Source: Eledone cirrhosa
Taxonomy: Eukaryota
NCBI GenBank assembly: GCA_964016885.1
Contig: OZ024740.1
Span: forward strand, 399,032,001 to 399,096,000
DNA length: 64,000 nucleotides
Direction of reading: 5' to 3'
Positions 36,110 through 48,614 of the stretch are shown here, one piece after another. Each line of letters opens with the position of its first letter. Position 1 is the stretch's first letter. The notes beneath the pieces are model-generated. The model was not told the DNA's origin and made no database searches. It saw only the letters and a program-made list of their open reading frames with translations. Both the position numbers and the translations under genes were made by a program.

Positions 36110-39100
36110 ATGCATAGACCCATCTCAATCATTACCTTCTTGCTAGCTACCCAACACCCCTCCCTCCCACCCCCACACACCACCATTGCTATTACGTGGA
36201 CCAATCATAAAACAGCCCCCACGTATCACCAGTATTATTACGCGGACCAATCAGAAACCAGAGGCCTATACTATCGCTTGCCTGGTTGCCTTTCGATATA
36301 CGATATATGATGGATGGATGGACTGCGGAATCCTGGAGAGTGGAGGTGAGAGAGAAAAATCTGGACGCTCAGCGACAATGCCAAAGATAAAGACAAATTC
36401 ACCCCTTGGACGAGAATGCGAGCACTCCTCATTGTTTCGACCGCGGACGGCTAACATAACACCATCGCCCCCCGCCCCTCACCGCCCCCAACCCCCAAAC
36501 GCAATCCAAAACTTCAGAGTTGGTACCATAAATGTAGGCACCCTAAAGGGTCGCGCTAACGAGGTTGTAGAAATGCTTGAACGTAAGGAGGTCGATGTTT
36601 GTTGTATTCAGGAGACCAGGTGGAGGGGTGGGTCTGCTAGGTTCATTGAGGGTAAAAAACGTTGTTATAAGCTTTTCTGGGTGGGAAACGACGATGGGCT
36701 GGGTGGAGTAGGAATCATGGTAGCAGAAAAGTGGGCAGATAAGATAATAGACGTAAATAGAGTGAACGACAGAATAATTAAAATACGACTTGTCCTCAAT
36801 AGAACTACGGTGACAGTAATATCTGCGTACGCACCCCAATCCGGACTGCCCGGCACTATAAAAGACAGATTCTATGAGACACTGATGCTAACTACCTCCC
36901 AAATATCCGACAGTGACTATATAATTATCGCAGGCGACCTAAATGGTCACGTTGGACAACATTGTGACGGCTACGACGAAATCCATGGAGGCTATGGGTT
37001 TGGTACTAGAAATGAGGAAGGCTCCAGAATCCTGGAATTCTGTGATGCAAATAACCTAACTATCTGTAACACTAACTTCAAAAAACGTGACAATCACCTG
37101 ATCACCTATAGATCCGGGGAACACACAAGCCAGGTAGATTATATCCTTACCAGAAGACGTGACAGAGTGTCTGTTGTTAACACTAAATCCCTCCCCCATG
37201 AAGAATGCACCTCCCAACATAGACTGATAATTAGCGACCTCATAGTCAGGACGAGACGTACTCGACAACAGAAGAGGACTATCCTCAGGAGGAAAATATG
37301 GAAGTTAAAGGACCCCACAGCCAGGAATAAATTTCAAAGCATATTACTTGATGCTTTCGACAGTAAGGAAGAACATTTAGAGTCGGACAATATAGAGGGA
37401 GAGTGGGAATTTCTGAAAGCAAACCTGCTGTTGGCGACAGACGAGGTCTGTGGCTGGAGCAGGCCTGTAGGCAGGAGGAGAGTAACATGGTGGTGGAACA
37501 GTAAGGTGGAGGGGTCAATTAAGGCCAAAAAGCAGGCTTGGAAAGTATGGCGGGATGGGGGAAGTAGAGAGGACTATCAAGTGGCCAGGAGGGAAGCTAG
37601 GAGACAAGTGTACTTAGCAAGAAGGGAAGCTGAGGAAAGAAAGTTCAAGCATGTTCTACAACGCGATGACCAAAAACGTGAGGTGTTCAGGATTGCTAGG
37701 CAATGCGTCAAGGAAAACCGTGATATTGTCGGGGAGAAGTGTGTACTAAACGACGATGGCACACTTGCCATCACCGACGCTGATAAGAAGGTAGCTTGGA
37801 AGTGTCACTATGAAAGGCTTCTAAATGAGGAGAATAATTGGGAGAAAGGCAGTCTCCCCCATATCGACCCAATAGAGGGACCAGCAGTGTTAGTCGAGGG
37901 GAGTATAATAAGTAAGGCAATCAAGGATATGAAGACTGGTAAGGCGGCTGGGCCTTCGGAAATAGTTGCTGAGATGCTGAAGGCATCTGGCACGGTGGGA
38001 CACACCATGGTCACCCGCATAGTTAACCAAGTCGTACAAAACGGGGTTGTTCCGAAGGACTGGCATAGCAGCATCATCGTTAACTGTTATAAGGGTAAAG
38101 GAGACGCCCTAGATAGGAGTAACTATAGAGGCATTAAATTAATCGACCAGGTCATGAAGGTCACGGAAAGAGTAATAGCGCAGCTAATCAGAGAGAGAAT
38201 TGACCTAGATGAAATGCAGTTCGGGTTTGTGTCAGGCAAAAGTACCACAGACGCTCTTTTCATAGTACGACAACTACAAGAGAAGTACCTAGCTAAAGGT
38301 AAACCCCTCTACTTAGCTTTTGTCGACTTGGAGAAAGCCTTCGACAGAGTCCCCCGCTCCATTATCTGGTGGGCTCTTAGAAAACTAGGCGTTGACGAAT
38401 GGCTTGTGAGGGCTATACAAGCCATGTATAAAGAAACAGTCAGCAAGGTTAGAATTAACAACGAATATAGTGAAGAGTTTAGCGTAAAAGTCGGCGTCCA
38501 TCAGGGCTCTGTTCTCAGTCCACTACTATTTATTATTGCCCTTCAGGCCATAACAGAGGAGTTCAAGACAGGCTGCCCATGGGAACTCCTATACGCAGAC
38601 GACCTGACACTCATAGCGGAATCAATGGCCGAGCTAGAGAAGAAATTCCAAACATGGAAGCACGGCCTAGAGTCAAAAGGACTTAAAATTAACCTGGCTA
38701 AGACCAAAGTACTAGTTTGTAGGAAAGAAAACAAGGCGGCGGTCCCTTCTGGGAAATGGTCGTGCTCGGTGTGTAGGAAAGGCGTAGGTAGAAACTCCAT
38801 TTTATGTCCTAAATGCAAAGTATGGGTGCATAAAAGATGTAGTGGGATCACAGGTAGGCTAACTAAGAACATAGATTTTACATGTGGCCGGTGCTCTGGT
38901 GCAATAAGTAGCAGCAAGTGCCCACAAACTACTAGCTCTTTCAATTGCGCAGAGGGTTCTATAGAAATAGTGGACAGCTTCCGTTACCTGGGCGATAAAA
39001 TCAGCAGTGGGGGAGGGTGCTCTGAAAGTACTGTAGCTAGAGTCAGAACTGGTTGGAAAAAGTTCAGAGAGCTTATACCACTATTAGCTGCTAAAGGGTT

Positions 39101-39940
39101 CTCACTAAAAATGAAAGGCAGGTTGTACGATGCCTGCATACGAACAGCAATGCTGCATGGCAGTGAGACCTGGGCATTGTGTGCAGAGGATATACGCAGA
39201 CTAGAGAGGAACGAAGCTTGCATGCTCCGCTGGATGTGTAACAGTAATATACGTGAACGGCAAAGCATAAACGAACTAAGGAATAAATTAGAGATAAGAG
39301 GGATCAGATGTTGTTTACTCGAGAGAAGGCTACGTTGGTATGGACACGTGATGCGCATGAAAGTCGATAGCTGTATAACAAAGTGCAGGGCAATAAAGAT
39401 AGACGGTAGTCACGGAATAGGCAGACCTAGAAAAACCTGGGACGAGCTGATAAACTCCGACATCACACACTTACACCTCTCCAAGACAATGTCACTGGAC
39501 CGAGACCTTTGGCGGTACTCAGTAACAGAGAAGACCCGCCTTACCTAAATATATAGTAAAACCTACTCCAGCCAGTAGGCATCTCTAACAAATACACCCC
39601 GTCCCACCACCCCCACCCGATCCACACCACCCCGTTCTATGTAAAGTTATGTTGGTGCCGCGCCATCGAGGCCGAAACAAATGAGATCGTGTAGGTGTCA
39701 CGACAAAAAAACACACAGTCCACGCTGTAATGTGGCCGTGTAGGCAACACGGTAAAAACCTCCCAGACCCACACTGTAAATGTGGTTGGTGTTAGGAAGG
39801 GCATCCAACTGTAGAAAACCTGCCAGACAGTCCTATGCGAGCAAGACAATCACTCTTGCCTCAAGTGGGACTACCCCCGTCCAAACCCATGCAAGCGTGG
39901 AACACGGACGTTAAACGCTGATGATGATGATGATGATGAT
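36110..39940 (+). mobile_element. Apparently full-length, intact RTE LINE (family B)
   Basis: Single uninterrupted ORF, ~390-bp 3' UTR and (GAT)n tail. The 5' boundary is approximate. Confidence 0.93.
36318..39548 (+). CDS. RTE ORF: APE endonuclease plus reverse transcriptase with an internal PHD-type finger (first ATG 36318, alternative 36378; frame open from 36186)
   Basis: APE motifs VGTINVGTL, CIQETRW, SAYAPQ, AGDLNGHVG, QVDYIL, SQHRL. RT motifs NYRGIKL, FVDLEKAFDRVPR, GVHQGSVLSP, LLYADD, FRYLG, RLRWYGHVMR. Confidence 0.92.
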   Translation: MDCGILESGGEREKSGRSATMPKIKTNSPLGRECEHSSLFRPRTANITPSPPAPHRPQPPNAIQNFRVGTINVGTLKGRANEVVEMLERKEVDVCCIQETRWRGGSARFIEGKKRCYKLFWVGNDDGLGGVGIMVAEKWADKIIDVNRVNDRIIKIRLVLNRTTVTVISAYAPQSGLPGTIKDRFYETLMLTTSQISDSDYIIIAGDLNGHVGQHCDGYDEIHGGYGFGTRNEEGSRILEFCDANNLTICNTNFKKRDNHLITYRSGEHTSQVDYILTRRRDRVSVVNTKSLPHEECTSQHRLIISDLIVRTRRTRQQKRTILRRKIWKLKDPTARNKFQSILLDAFDSKEEHLESDNIEGEWEFLKANLLLATDEVCGWSRPVGRRRVTWWWNSKVEGSIKAKKQAWKVWRDGGSREDYQVARREARRQVYLARREAEERKFKHVLQRDDQKREVFRIARQCVKENRDIVGEKCVLNDDGTLAITDADKKVAWKCHYERLLNEENNWEKGSLPHIDPIEGPAVLVEGSIISKAIKDMKTGKAAGPSEIVAEMLKASGTVGHTMVTRIVNQVVQNGVVPKDWHSSIIVNCYKGKGDALDRSNYRGIKLIDQVMKVTERVIAQLIRERIDLDEMQFGFVSGKSTTDALFIVRQLQEKYLAKGKPLYLAFVDLEKAFDRVPRSIIWWALRKLGVDEWLVRAIQAMYKETVSKVRINNEYSEEFSVKVGVHQGSVLSPLLFIIALQAITEEFKTGCPWELLYADDLTLIAESMAELEKKFQTWKHGLESKGLKINLAKTKVLVCRKENKAAVPSGKWSCSVCRKGVGRNSILCPKCKVWVHKRCSGITGRLTKNIDFTCGRCSGAISSSKCPQTTSSFNCAEGSIEIVDSFRYLGDKISSGGGCSESTVARVRTGWKKFRELIPLLAAKGFSLKMKGRLYDACIRTAMLHGSETWALCAEDIRRLERNEACMLRWMCNSNIRERQSINELRNKLEIRGIRCCLLERRLRWYGHVMRMKVDSCITKCRAIKIDGSHGIGRPRKTWDELINSDITHLHLSKTMSLDRDLWRYSVTEKTRLT

Positions 39941-39960
39941 ATATATATGTATATATATAT

Positions 39961-40298
39961 GGAGGCACATGGCTTAGTAGTTAGAGCATTGGCCTTGCAA
40001 TCGAAAGGTTGTGAGTTCAATTCTCAGACCGTGTGATGTGTTGTTTCCTTGTGCAAGACCCTTTATTTCACATTGCTCCAGTTTACTCAGCTGTAGAAAT
40101 GAGATGATAGGGACTGGGGTCCATATCATTCCACTGCAAAGTGGTTGTGGAGGTGCCACGGCAAAAAAGCACCCAGCACTCACTGTAAATGAGGTTGGTG
40201 TTAGGAAGGGCATCCAGCTGTAGAAATCAAGCCAGAATCGGTTCCCGTCCCACCCTTGCAAGCAGGGAAAAGCGGACGTAAAATGATGATGATGATGA
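39961..40298 (+). mobile_element. tRNA-derived SINE (family S2) with CORE-like centre and RTE-derived 3' end
   Basis: A-box TGGCTTAGTAGTTAGAGC and B-box GAGTTCAATTCTC, then TTCCTTGTGCAAGACCCTTTATTTCAC...CTCAGCTGTAGAAATGAG, the RTE UTR module and an RTE-C-type (GAT)n end. Flanked by (TA)n. Confidence 0.85.
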
Positions 40299-40299
40299 T

Positions 40300-40337
<38 letters not shown>

Positions 40338-41239
40338 TGATGTAGTATGTACAAATTTTAAATTTTATCAGTCTACATTTGTTCGCCTCTTTATCTTCCA
40401 CTCTGGTATCAATTTGTATCATTTCCCTCCTCCTCCTCTTGTAGCACCTACCCTAGAGGATGTCTTCTTCCAAGAATCTTATTAAAAGCTATTTAGGTAT
40501 CATTGGCTTTAAGTATATAAAATGGCAGACAATAAATGAACATGAATTAAAATGAAAGGAAAAGCAAAACCAAAAAGAAATGAAAATTGCAGCTCTAAGC
40601 AAGATTCTTTTTTTTTTTTTTTTTTTTTTTTTTACTGCCTAGGTTTGTAGAGCTAATTTAATGATGGGTACGTTATTGACTATTATAGTTTGTAGTAAGG
40701 ATCAGTTGTTATTGAAAGGAAATCGATAATGAGTTGGTACAACTATTTTCGTGATGTCATATGATTCATTGTCGAAGGAATTGAGTAGTGGTCTAGATCG
40801 GCGCGTCGAAATAATTTTCTTTCAGTGTATAGATTAAAATAATAATAATAAATAAAACTTTTTGGAAAAATTGTTCAAAAAGATTCTTTATCGATTAAAA
40901 ACAATTCAAGAGGCAAAGATTTACAATGAAAAGCGGGTTCTCATTTCCTTCTCTTCTTCTTCGCCCACTTATTCCTGGGAGGGTCGAAGGGGTAGAGTCA
41001 TGAAACACTCTTTCCAGCAGGTCCTGTCAGAAGCAACTGTCTCCAACTGATCAGGCTGGATACCCAAGCAAGACCAGCCAAGCTCATGGATTATACAAAC
41101 CCTTTGCTCTGCGTCTCATGCTGATTGGTTTTTCCCGTAAAATCTGTCTAGCGATTCTTTCCTGAGACATTCTAACCACATGCCCATAGTATCAGAGCTG
41201 TGATCTCTCAATTCGAAGAAACCTTCATTTTATTTTTTA

Positions 41240-42056
41240 CTAGCAGTGGTACCCAGCGTTGCACAGGATAAGTTTTTTTGGAATGCGGGCTGCCAACAGA
41301 CTTAATCGTGAAAAAACTGCATGCCTGGACAATATGTTTAAGATTTTCCTCAATGAATCAGGAAAAATGCAGGTTTTCATCTAATAAATTTTTTTATGTG
41401 CATATATGCCTTGAAATTTTGGGAAAATCGGCTAGACGTAACGCCTCCAAAAAGCCCTAAAAAGCTGGAAAAAAATGAAGTTTTTCACCTAATGCGGGCC
41501 CTAGGCCATAAAAAGTTGGATTTTCTTTGCTCACGGTATGAAGAAGAGATTGACTAATACATAGTTACAATTACAAGGAAATCGGTGTGACGTAACGCCT
41601 CAAAAAAAGCCCTAAAAAGCTTTAAAAATGCAGTTTTTCACCTAATGTGGGCCCTAGGAGATCAAAAATTTGAATTTTTTATGTGCATAACACTCCCTGA
41701 AACATAAGTAATACATGTAAAGTTTGAAAAAAATAGGTTGGGTACTTCTCGAGACAACAAACACACACACAGACAGACATCCTCAGGGATGCAGACATCA
41801 GACATACAGACTGATAGATACATACATATAACGTATAATATCTAAAAAGAGAAAGACTAAGAATTATAGAAATTGCTAAATCGCCTAATGCGATTCTTAG
41901 GGCATTGAAAATTTGAAATTTCCTTTGCTCAGAACACTCCCTGAGACATAAGTATTACATGTGTAGAGTTTGAAAACAGTCGGTTGAGTGGTTCTCGAGT
42001 TTTAGGGATTCAAACTCACACACAGACAGACATCCTCAGTTTTATATATATATAGA
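41240..42056 (-). mobile_element. Non-autonomous Helitron with internal duplications
   Basis: Minus strand reads A|TCTATATATATATAAAACTGAGGATGTCTGTCTG...GTGCAACGCTGGGTACCACTGCTAG|T. Confidence 0.78.
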
Positions 42057-42099
42057 TAGTGTATCCAGTAACACGCTTTTTATTAGTCATGAATTGTAG

Positions 42100-42500
42100 A
42101 ATTGTATGAATAACATTACAATTTGTTTATAATGTTTTTATAGAATGAAAATATAAACATAAAATGAATACATCTAATTATTGATAGGAAGCTCCAATAT
42201 AATTGTTTCTACTTTTGGCACAAGGCCAGCAAATACCCAGTACATTACTGGTACTTTATTTTATCGACCCCGTAAGGATGAAAGGCAAAGTTAACCTTGG
42301 CGGGATTTGAACTCAGAATGGCAAGGGCCATAACTCTATGCGTCAAAGCATCACGTCCGACCCTCTACCAATACTGTCAAAGCTCCAATATAATATACAA
42401 AAATATATGATCCAAGCGAGAGAAAAATAAAAAAAAATAGCAAAGCCAACCGTCAATTCACCACCAGGTGCGACAATCGGCCGCCCACCACAAGGGTCAA
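42100..42500 (-). mobile_element. Second CRE-like 3' UTR copy, interrupted by an S1 SINE (42201-42379)
   Basis: Similar to 34780-34977. The SINE has TSD AAGCTCCAATATAAT (42189-42203 / 42380-42394). Confidence 0.75.
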
Positions 42501-44393
42501 CAGAAAATTGTCTGCTATATTATATACCTCAAGTAAAACATCCCATACTGTTCTGTATTTTTTCTAATACTGGAATTGTGTTAACGTAAAGATTCAGATT
42601 GTCCAGTGTTTTGACGTCACACCATTATTTCTCTCTTTGTGTATGTTGTCTGACATGTCTATTGCCACTAAACCTAACAAATACACAAGTACACACACAG
42701 TGAAATGTGTTTATACAATTTGCAATATCCTGTTGGCATTCATACTACCTGATAATTTCCAAATATGTCCGCTACAGAAGAAGGAAAATAACATCAAGCT
42801 GGCATTTAGTTCATTTAGTGTTTTGTTGATGGATTTTTTAATATTGATACATGTCTTTGGATAAATTCTAATTTTGAGGTATTTTTGTCTATGACACTGG
42901 TTTTGTTATCAAGGTCAGGCTAACAGATATTTAGCTTTGTTTTGTTTTACAAAATCTAATACAACCAGTTTAATAAATGAATATATTATATAAAAAAAAG
43001 AGTGCAGCTTAGTATTTCGGTATAAAAAAAACAACACATTATTGTAATTTATTGCAATAGACTGTTGAATATTTATTAGTGAGTTTGTATGAATAGATTA
43101 TATTACCTCGAGCTTTTACTCTGTAAAATTATTTAACATTCCACAATTGTTTTGTGAAAACACTACTTTACTTTTATTCTTGTTAAGCTGGTAAGGAGGT
43201 AGATGTTATATCCTGGATGCTTTATAAGAATAAAAAGTAGATACCAGTATTTGATTGGTGTCTTTTGTCAATTTCTGAAGATGAAAAGCAAAGTTAACCA
43301 TGCTGAGATTTGAACTCTGCCAATCCACTGCTATTTTATGTTCAGAGTTCATCTTCTGCAAAGTCAAATATGTTTTCCATTTTTCCATGACTGACAGTTA
43401 ATTCATAACATTCTGTTATGATTTAACAGAAAATATCTAAAAATGGATTTGTTAATTCAAATGTTTATAGTATCTTTACTAGTGGACAAATCATTGTGAA
43501 ATTTGGTGGTAAACTAAAATAAAGACTTATGTTTTTCATGTGATGCAGTCATAATGTTGTTTTGTACTTTTCAATAATGTTGTTTTGTATTTTGCAAATG
43601 CTGTACAAGATGTCAAGAGTTAAATTAAATACTGTCTAAACCTTCCCCTCGAAATGTATAGATCCTACCAATATAAGAAATCATTATTATGCCCACTTGT
43701 ATTTTTTCCTATTTTTAAAGCTTAGTTGGGAGAAGTTGTTGTGCCTTTGTCCTTCACAGATAACTGAGATTACATTGAACAATAGCAGTGGATCAAATCC
43801 TTATACGTTTGATAAAATAAAAAGAATAAAAAATATATACTGGAATCAGTTTAGTCAATTGTATTTCCTTATTTTTAGCCCATATATAATAACCAAAGAG
43901 CACTGGACTCTTTGTGTATACTTTAGTTGTGTTTGTTTAAGTCTTACAAAAGTTGACTTTTATTTTTTCGAGGTTGATAAAAACCAGTGTCAATTAAATT
44001 GTTTCAACGCAATATGTGTGGGTTTGTTCCAATGATAGATATCATTCTAATTGTTTAATCAGCTATTGGCTTTGTGCCAAAGAAAACATTAATAGTTGGC
44101 AAATTTGAGTAAATTATAGTGCATTTAGTAGTCGTTTTTCCTTACTAAATGTTGAATAATAACTACTTAGAAGAATATTTTATGCTGAATTATAGCTAAT
44201 GAATTGATTTAATGGAAGATTCTGAACTTTGAAAATAATTCAACTTCTTTATTAACTTGAAGAAATGCCATATTGTTTATTTCACTTAACTTTAGATTTC
44301 ATTACCTTGGCAGCTTTCCACAATCTCTGCTGCAAACAGAAGAACAGATGTGTTTGACAATTATGAAAAAAAAGCACCCATTCTTATATATAT

Positions 44394-44765
44394 TCATCAT
44401 CATCAACGTTTTACGTCCATTCTTCCATGCTAGCATGGGTTAGACGGGTTGTCCTATTGTGGGTAATGCCAGGTTGGGTGACGTTGTTTTGCTCATACGG
44501 GAACTGATTTTGGCTTGATTTCTACAGCTGGATGCCCTTCCTAACACCAACCTCATTTACAGTGAGTACTGGGTGCTTTTTTACCATGGCGCCTACACGG
44601 CAACTTTACAGAGTGGGCTGGGTGCTTTTTTGTTGTGACACTTCCACAACCACTTTGCGGTGGAAGGGGATGGGGGCATATTGTCTATATGCTTCAGTTT
44701 TGGCTTGTACCTGTGGGAAGTCGGGTCTTCTGTATTACTGTGGGACGCCAGAGGTTACGGTCCTG
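44394..44765 (-). mobile_element. RTE family A 3' UTR fragment (further remnants at ~45255-45400 and ~45485-45570)
   Basis: Reverse complement of the UTR at 10760-11078; (TA)n on both sides. Confidence 0.85.
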
Positions 44766-46842
44766 TTATATATATATATATATATACATACATACATACA
44801 AACGGCAAACAGAAATAACAAACCGAACGGCACAGTACAATGAAGAAATACATTATTAGTTTTACACTTGATATAGTACAAAAAGAGTCTTAACGTTTTG
44901 GATGCTAGTCATTCATCAGAAAATAGAATGAGAAATTAAAGAAGAAATAGAAAAATTGAGGAGATCGGCTGTAGCAGAAACAAAATAAACATTTTTTAGA
45001 GAAAAAACAGGCCTATTCACATCGCCATCTGTAGGAAAACTGTTGATGCTGGCGTTTTGTGCAAGATAATCTTGTTTTAAAAGGTGGTGATTGAACGCAT
45101 CTAGTTGAAAGGGGGGAAAATAAATGCTTAGTATATAGAGTGTATACGTTTTGTGTCTGCTTTCTATACTGGCGTGGTATATCTATGTCTCTATATATAT
45201 ATATACTGCTGATTAAGGAAGCCAGTATGTGTAAGATCTCAAATAATGAAATTTGCATCATCATCATCTTCGTTTAATGTCCATCTTCCATGCTAGCATG
45301 AGTTAGACAGGAGTTGTCCCACTTGAGGCAAGGTTGGTTGGGTGACCGTGTCTCGCTCATATAGGACTATCTGGCAAGTTTTCTACAGCTGGATGCCCTT
45401 CCTCCAAACGATAAAGCCCCATGAAATTTAAAGTATTTTTGAAGATGAATGCCTCATAACCATATTTAAAGTATATTAATGTGCATCATTATCGTTTTTA
45501 CATTAACTTTTCCATGCTGGTATGGGTTGGACAGAACCTTCTACAGCTGGATGCCTTTCTTGACACCAGGTCTATCTATTTATATACACATTTCTCTCTC
45601 AGCTCTGTTTGGAGAATGTTGTCATGATCTCTGGGGATTTTATAGCTCTCTGTGAAATAATTGATTGGTTGAAAAATTGCTTTGGGACTAATCAATAACA
45701 AACTCCACCTAAGAATCTTGGGTGTATATATACATGCATACACATTTCTCAGTGCTAATGGGTTAACTATAAAGGATTTTACCATTTAGCTATGTTGACA
45801 TATTCTATACTCCCATGTCAGTGGTTTCAAATTTCTAAATATCAATATTCTACCAGTTTGTAATTTGGAAAATTGTGGCTTTAAAGAGCAATTATAACGG
45901 ATTGCAATATTAGTCATACTTGTGTTAATTGCCTGTATTCTTAATTCCCTTGTTATTTCTGTAGAATCTTCTGAAAGGAAGTGTCAACTAAGGCTGCATC
46001 ATCATCATATAACAACACAACTCATTTGCACTTTATAATCTTCTTTCAAGGGAATTTCATTCAAATTTCTTAGAATTGTGATATTGAATGTCAGCATTTT
46101 GGAGTAATTCATGTCATATATTGAGTGTTTTCGTTCTATTCTTGTGTAAGAATATTTTAAAATTTGTGACATTGAAAGTTCAGTTTTAAACCTTAGAGTG
46201 CAGACCTGTTTTTGAAGTTATTTTAAACTATTAATGATCTTGTGAATGATGTCAGTAAATACTGACTCATACAAGGATCATTAGTTTTTTTGTTTTTTTT
46301 TGACACAGTTGTCATTGATCAATATTTGTATAAATGCATTTCCAGCATATATCAGTTGGTTTCCATCCTGTGATTGAAAGGTTGATTAGCAGCACATTGA
46401 AACTACAATAAATATAATACTACGTGATTAAAGTACAACTGAAATTAGAGAGTAAAAAATTTAACGATTCTAAATGGTTTGAATTGAGAGAGAGAGGTGG
46501 TAATTTTTTGTCTTTTTTTTTTCCCCTTTTTAATAGGGAAATACTCAGTCAACAATTGTTAAGCATTTTGACTTCAGAGATAGCTTTATTTAAAAGATAA
46601 TCTAGCAATCAATATTGATGTCTGTCATCATCATCATCATCATCATCATTTTTAGAGTGATAGCTGAAATGCTTTACAGTATTGTGATATGTATGTTTAT
46701 ATACTGAGTGCAAACACTACTTGGGTTGGCAGCCTTTTATCCGTCTAGTGTCAATAGAAAAGGTAATAATATATTGTAATATATTTTAATATACTGATAT
46801 TATGTCCTTGTGGTAATGTTAGAGATTATTATTATTGGGAAG

Positions 46843-46960
46843 AGTTCAAATCCCGCCGAGGTTAACCTTGCCTTTCATCCTTACGAGGTCGATAAAATAA
46901 AGTACCAGTAATACACTGGTATAATTGCTGGCCTTGTGCCAAAAGTAGAAACAATTATTA
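46843..46960 (+). mobile_element. 5'-truncated S1 SINE (another at 47155-47268)
   Basis: S1 core; ATTATTATTGGGAAGAG is duplicated on both sides. Confidence 0.85.
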
Positions 46961-48019
46961 TTGGGAAGAGCAGTGGATGACAGACTAGGTAGATTGCAGG
47001 AAAAAATACCTTACAGTATTGAGTTATAACCCCCATTTCATTCTGAAATTAAATTTTGCTAGAGTCAACTTAACCTGGGATTCATTTAATCAACTGTTTG
47101 TTGTTCTTCTCCAAAATTTATTTTTTGCCAATATTAGAAATTATTATTATTAGCTTCAAATCCTGCTGAGGTTAACTTTGCCTTTCATCCGTACGGGGGT
47201 CAATAAAATACATTACCAGTAATTACTGAGTAATTGCTGGCCTTGTGCCAAAAGTAGAAACAATTATTAGCTTAATGTTTTTCAATATTCTATTGGATTT
47301 GAACCATATACTGAATATTGTTGTTTAAGCTATAATGTTATGACCATGCAATCAATTTGTAATTTTGTGGTATATGTGCTTATTTACAAAATAGTGGACC
47401 AATGACATTTTCTTTTGCTACAGGCAGCTGTATGTGATTGGTGAAGTACTTTAGATAGAATACAACCTGGATGTGTTGTATAATCTTAATAATAATACCT
47501 TGACATTAAACAGAAAATTTTAATATTTTCCTATTTCAATCTTTATAAAAACAGAAACTGAAATTCTATCTATAGTTATTCTTACACCATTTTAACAGAT
47601 TTATTGATTTTTGTGTCACCTAAAATCTAATAACTTAACATTTATGCATATTGTATTTTTTCCTGAGGGATTTGCTTTTACTTTTATTAACTGGTTGTTT
47701 TTCTTTAAACAGCTCTGTGAAGCTTACTAACAGTGTTATTTTTTTTATTAAAAACAAAAGAAAATGTAGAACTATAAATATATTTATATTCTCACTTCAT
47801 TAAAGATACATGGAATATTAAGTTTTTGAAAGCTTTCACTATAAAACTAGATCTTCCCCCACTCTTTTAGTCATTATTATGTAATATTTATAATCAAAAT
47901 GTCTATTATTTTCTAATGTCTCAACTCCAATATATATTTATATTCTAAATTTGGCACCTCAGAAATTGATGACTAGAATTTATTGAATTGTAGTTTTGTG
48001 TTCTTTCTCATCATCATTG

Positions 48020-48545
48020 CTTTATATATTTTCCATGCCAGCTTAGGTTTGATGGTGCTTCTCTTGTACAACATCTCACCACTTCTTATGGTCCTTTGTC
48101 ATCTTCTTAGTGAAGTTCAGCCTTCTTAGATCAGATTTCATAATTTCTTCCCATGTCTGACTCTCTTTCAGATTCTTTCCACTTGGATCACTTGGTACTT
48201 CTTTACTCAATTATCATTCTCTCTACATACAGAACTAGATTAAATATATTTTCCCCCATCCCCTGCAGACCATTATATATTGGGAGCTACTATAATCTTT
48301 TAAATGCATACAATCTGAAAAGGACTTAATCAGATCCTGTATACACATCAAATTATCGTACCAGCTCAATCTTTTCTCTTGCATATATCTGATATTCCTC
48401 TTATATCCTATGTATTCCAGCATTCATATCCTATGTATTCCAGCATTCATGCACACTCTCATTACATATCCAGCATAGCATTCTTGCCTCAATACGAGGC
48501 ACATACTTCACATTCTATGCTTATGATGCAGCATTTCACTTCTTA
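48020..48545 (-). mobile_element. Highly degenerate RTE 3' fragment
   Basis: EKRLSWYDNLM resembles ERRLRWYGHVM; ATCATCAT tail remnant near 48010. Confidence 0.5.
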
Positions 48546-48614
48546 AAGTGTGGTGATAGATGTAGGGGTTACTGTAGATTATTGTTGGTTTTGTTTGGAG
48601 TGTCTGATTTCTTA

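Noticed and set aside
36110-36380. HDV-like ribozyme in the RTE 5' UTR, known from some RTEs
   Set aside because: I could not identify the nested pseudoknot by eye; an RNArobo or Infernal search is needed.
39961-40030. tRNA gene
   Set aside because: A and B boxes belong to a SINE head that continues into the SINE body; no clean cloverleaf.
47405-47445. Acceptor-like TTTTCTTTTGCTACAG as USP exon 2
   Set aside because: In the required phase it reads C-S-C-M-stop, which is not USP-like.
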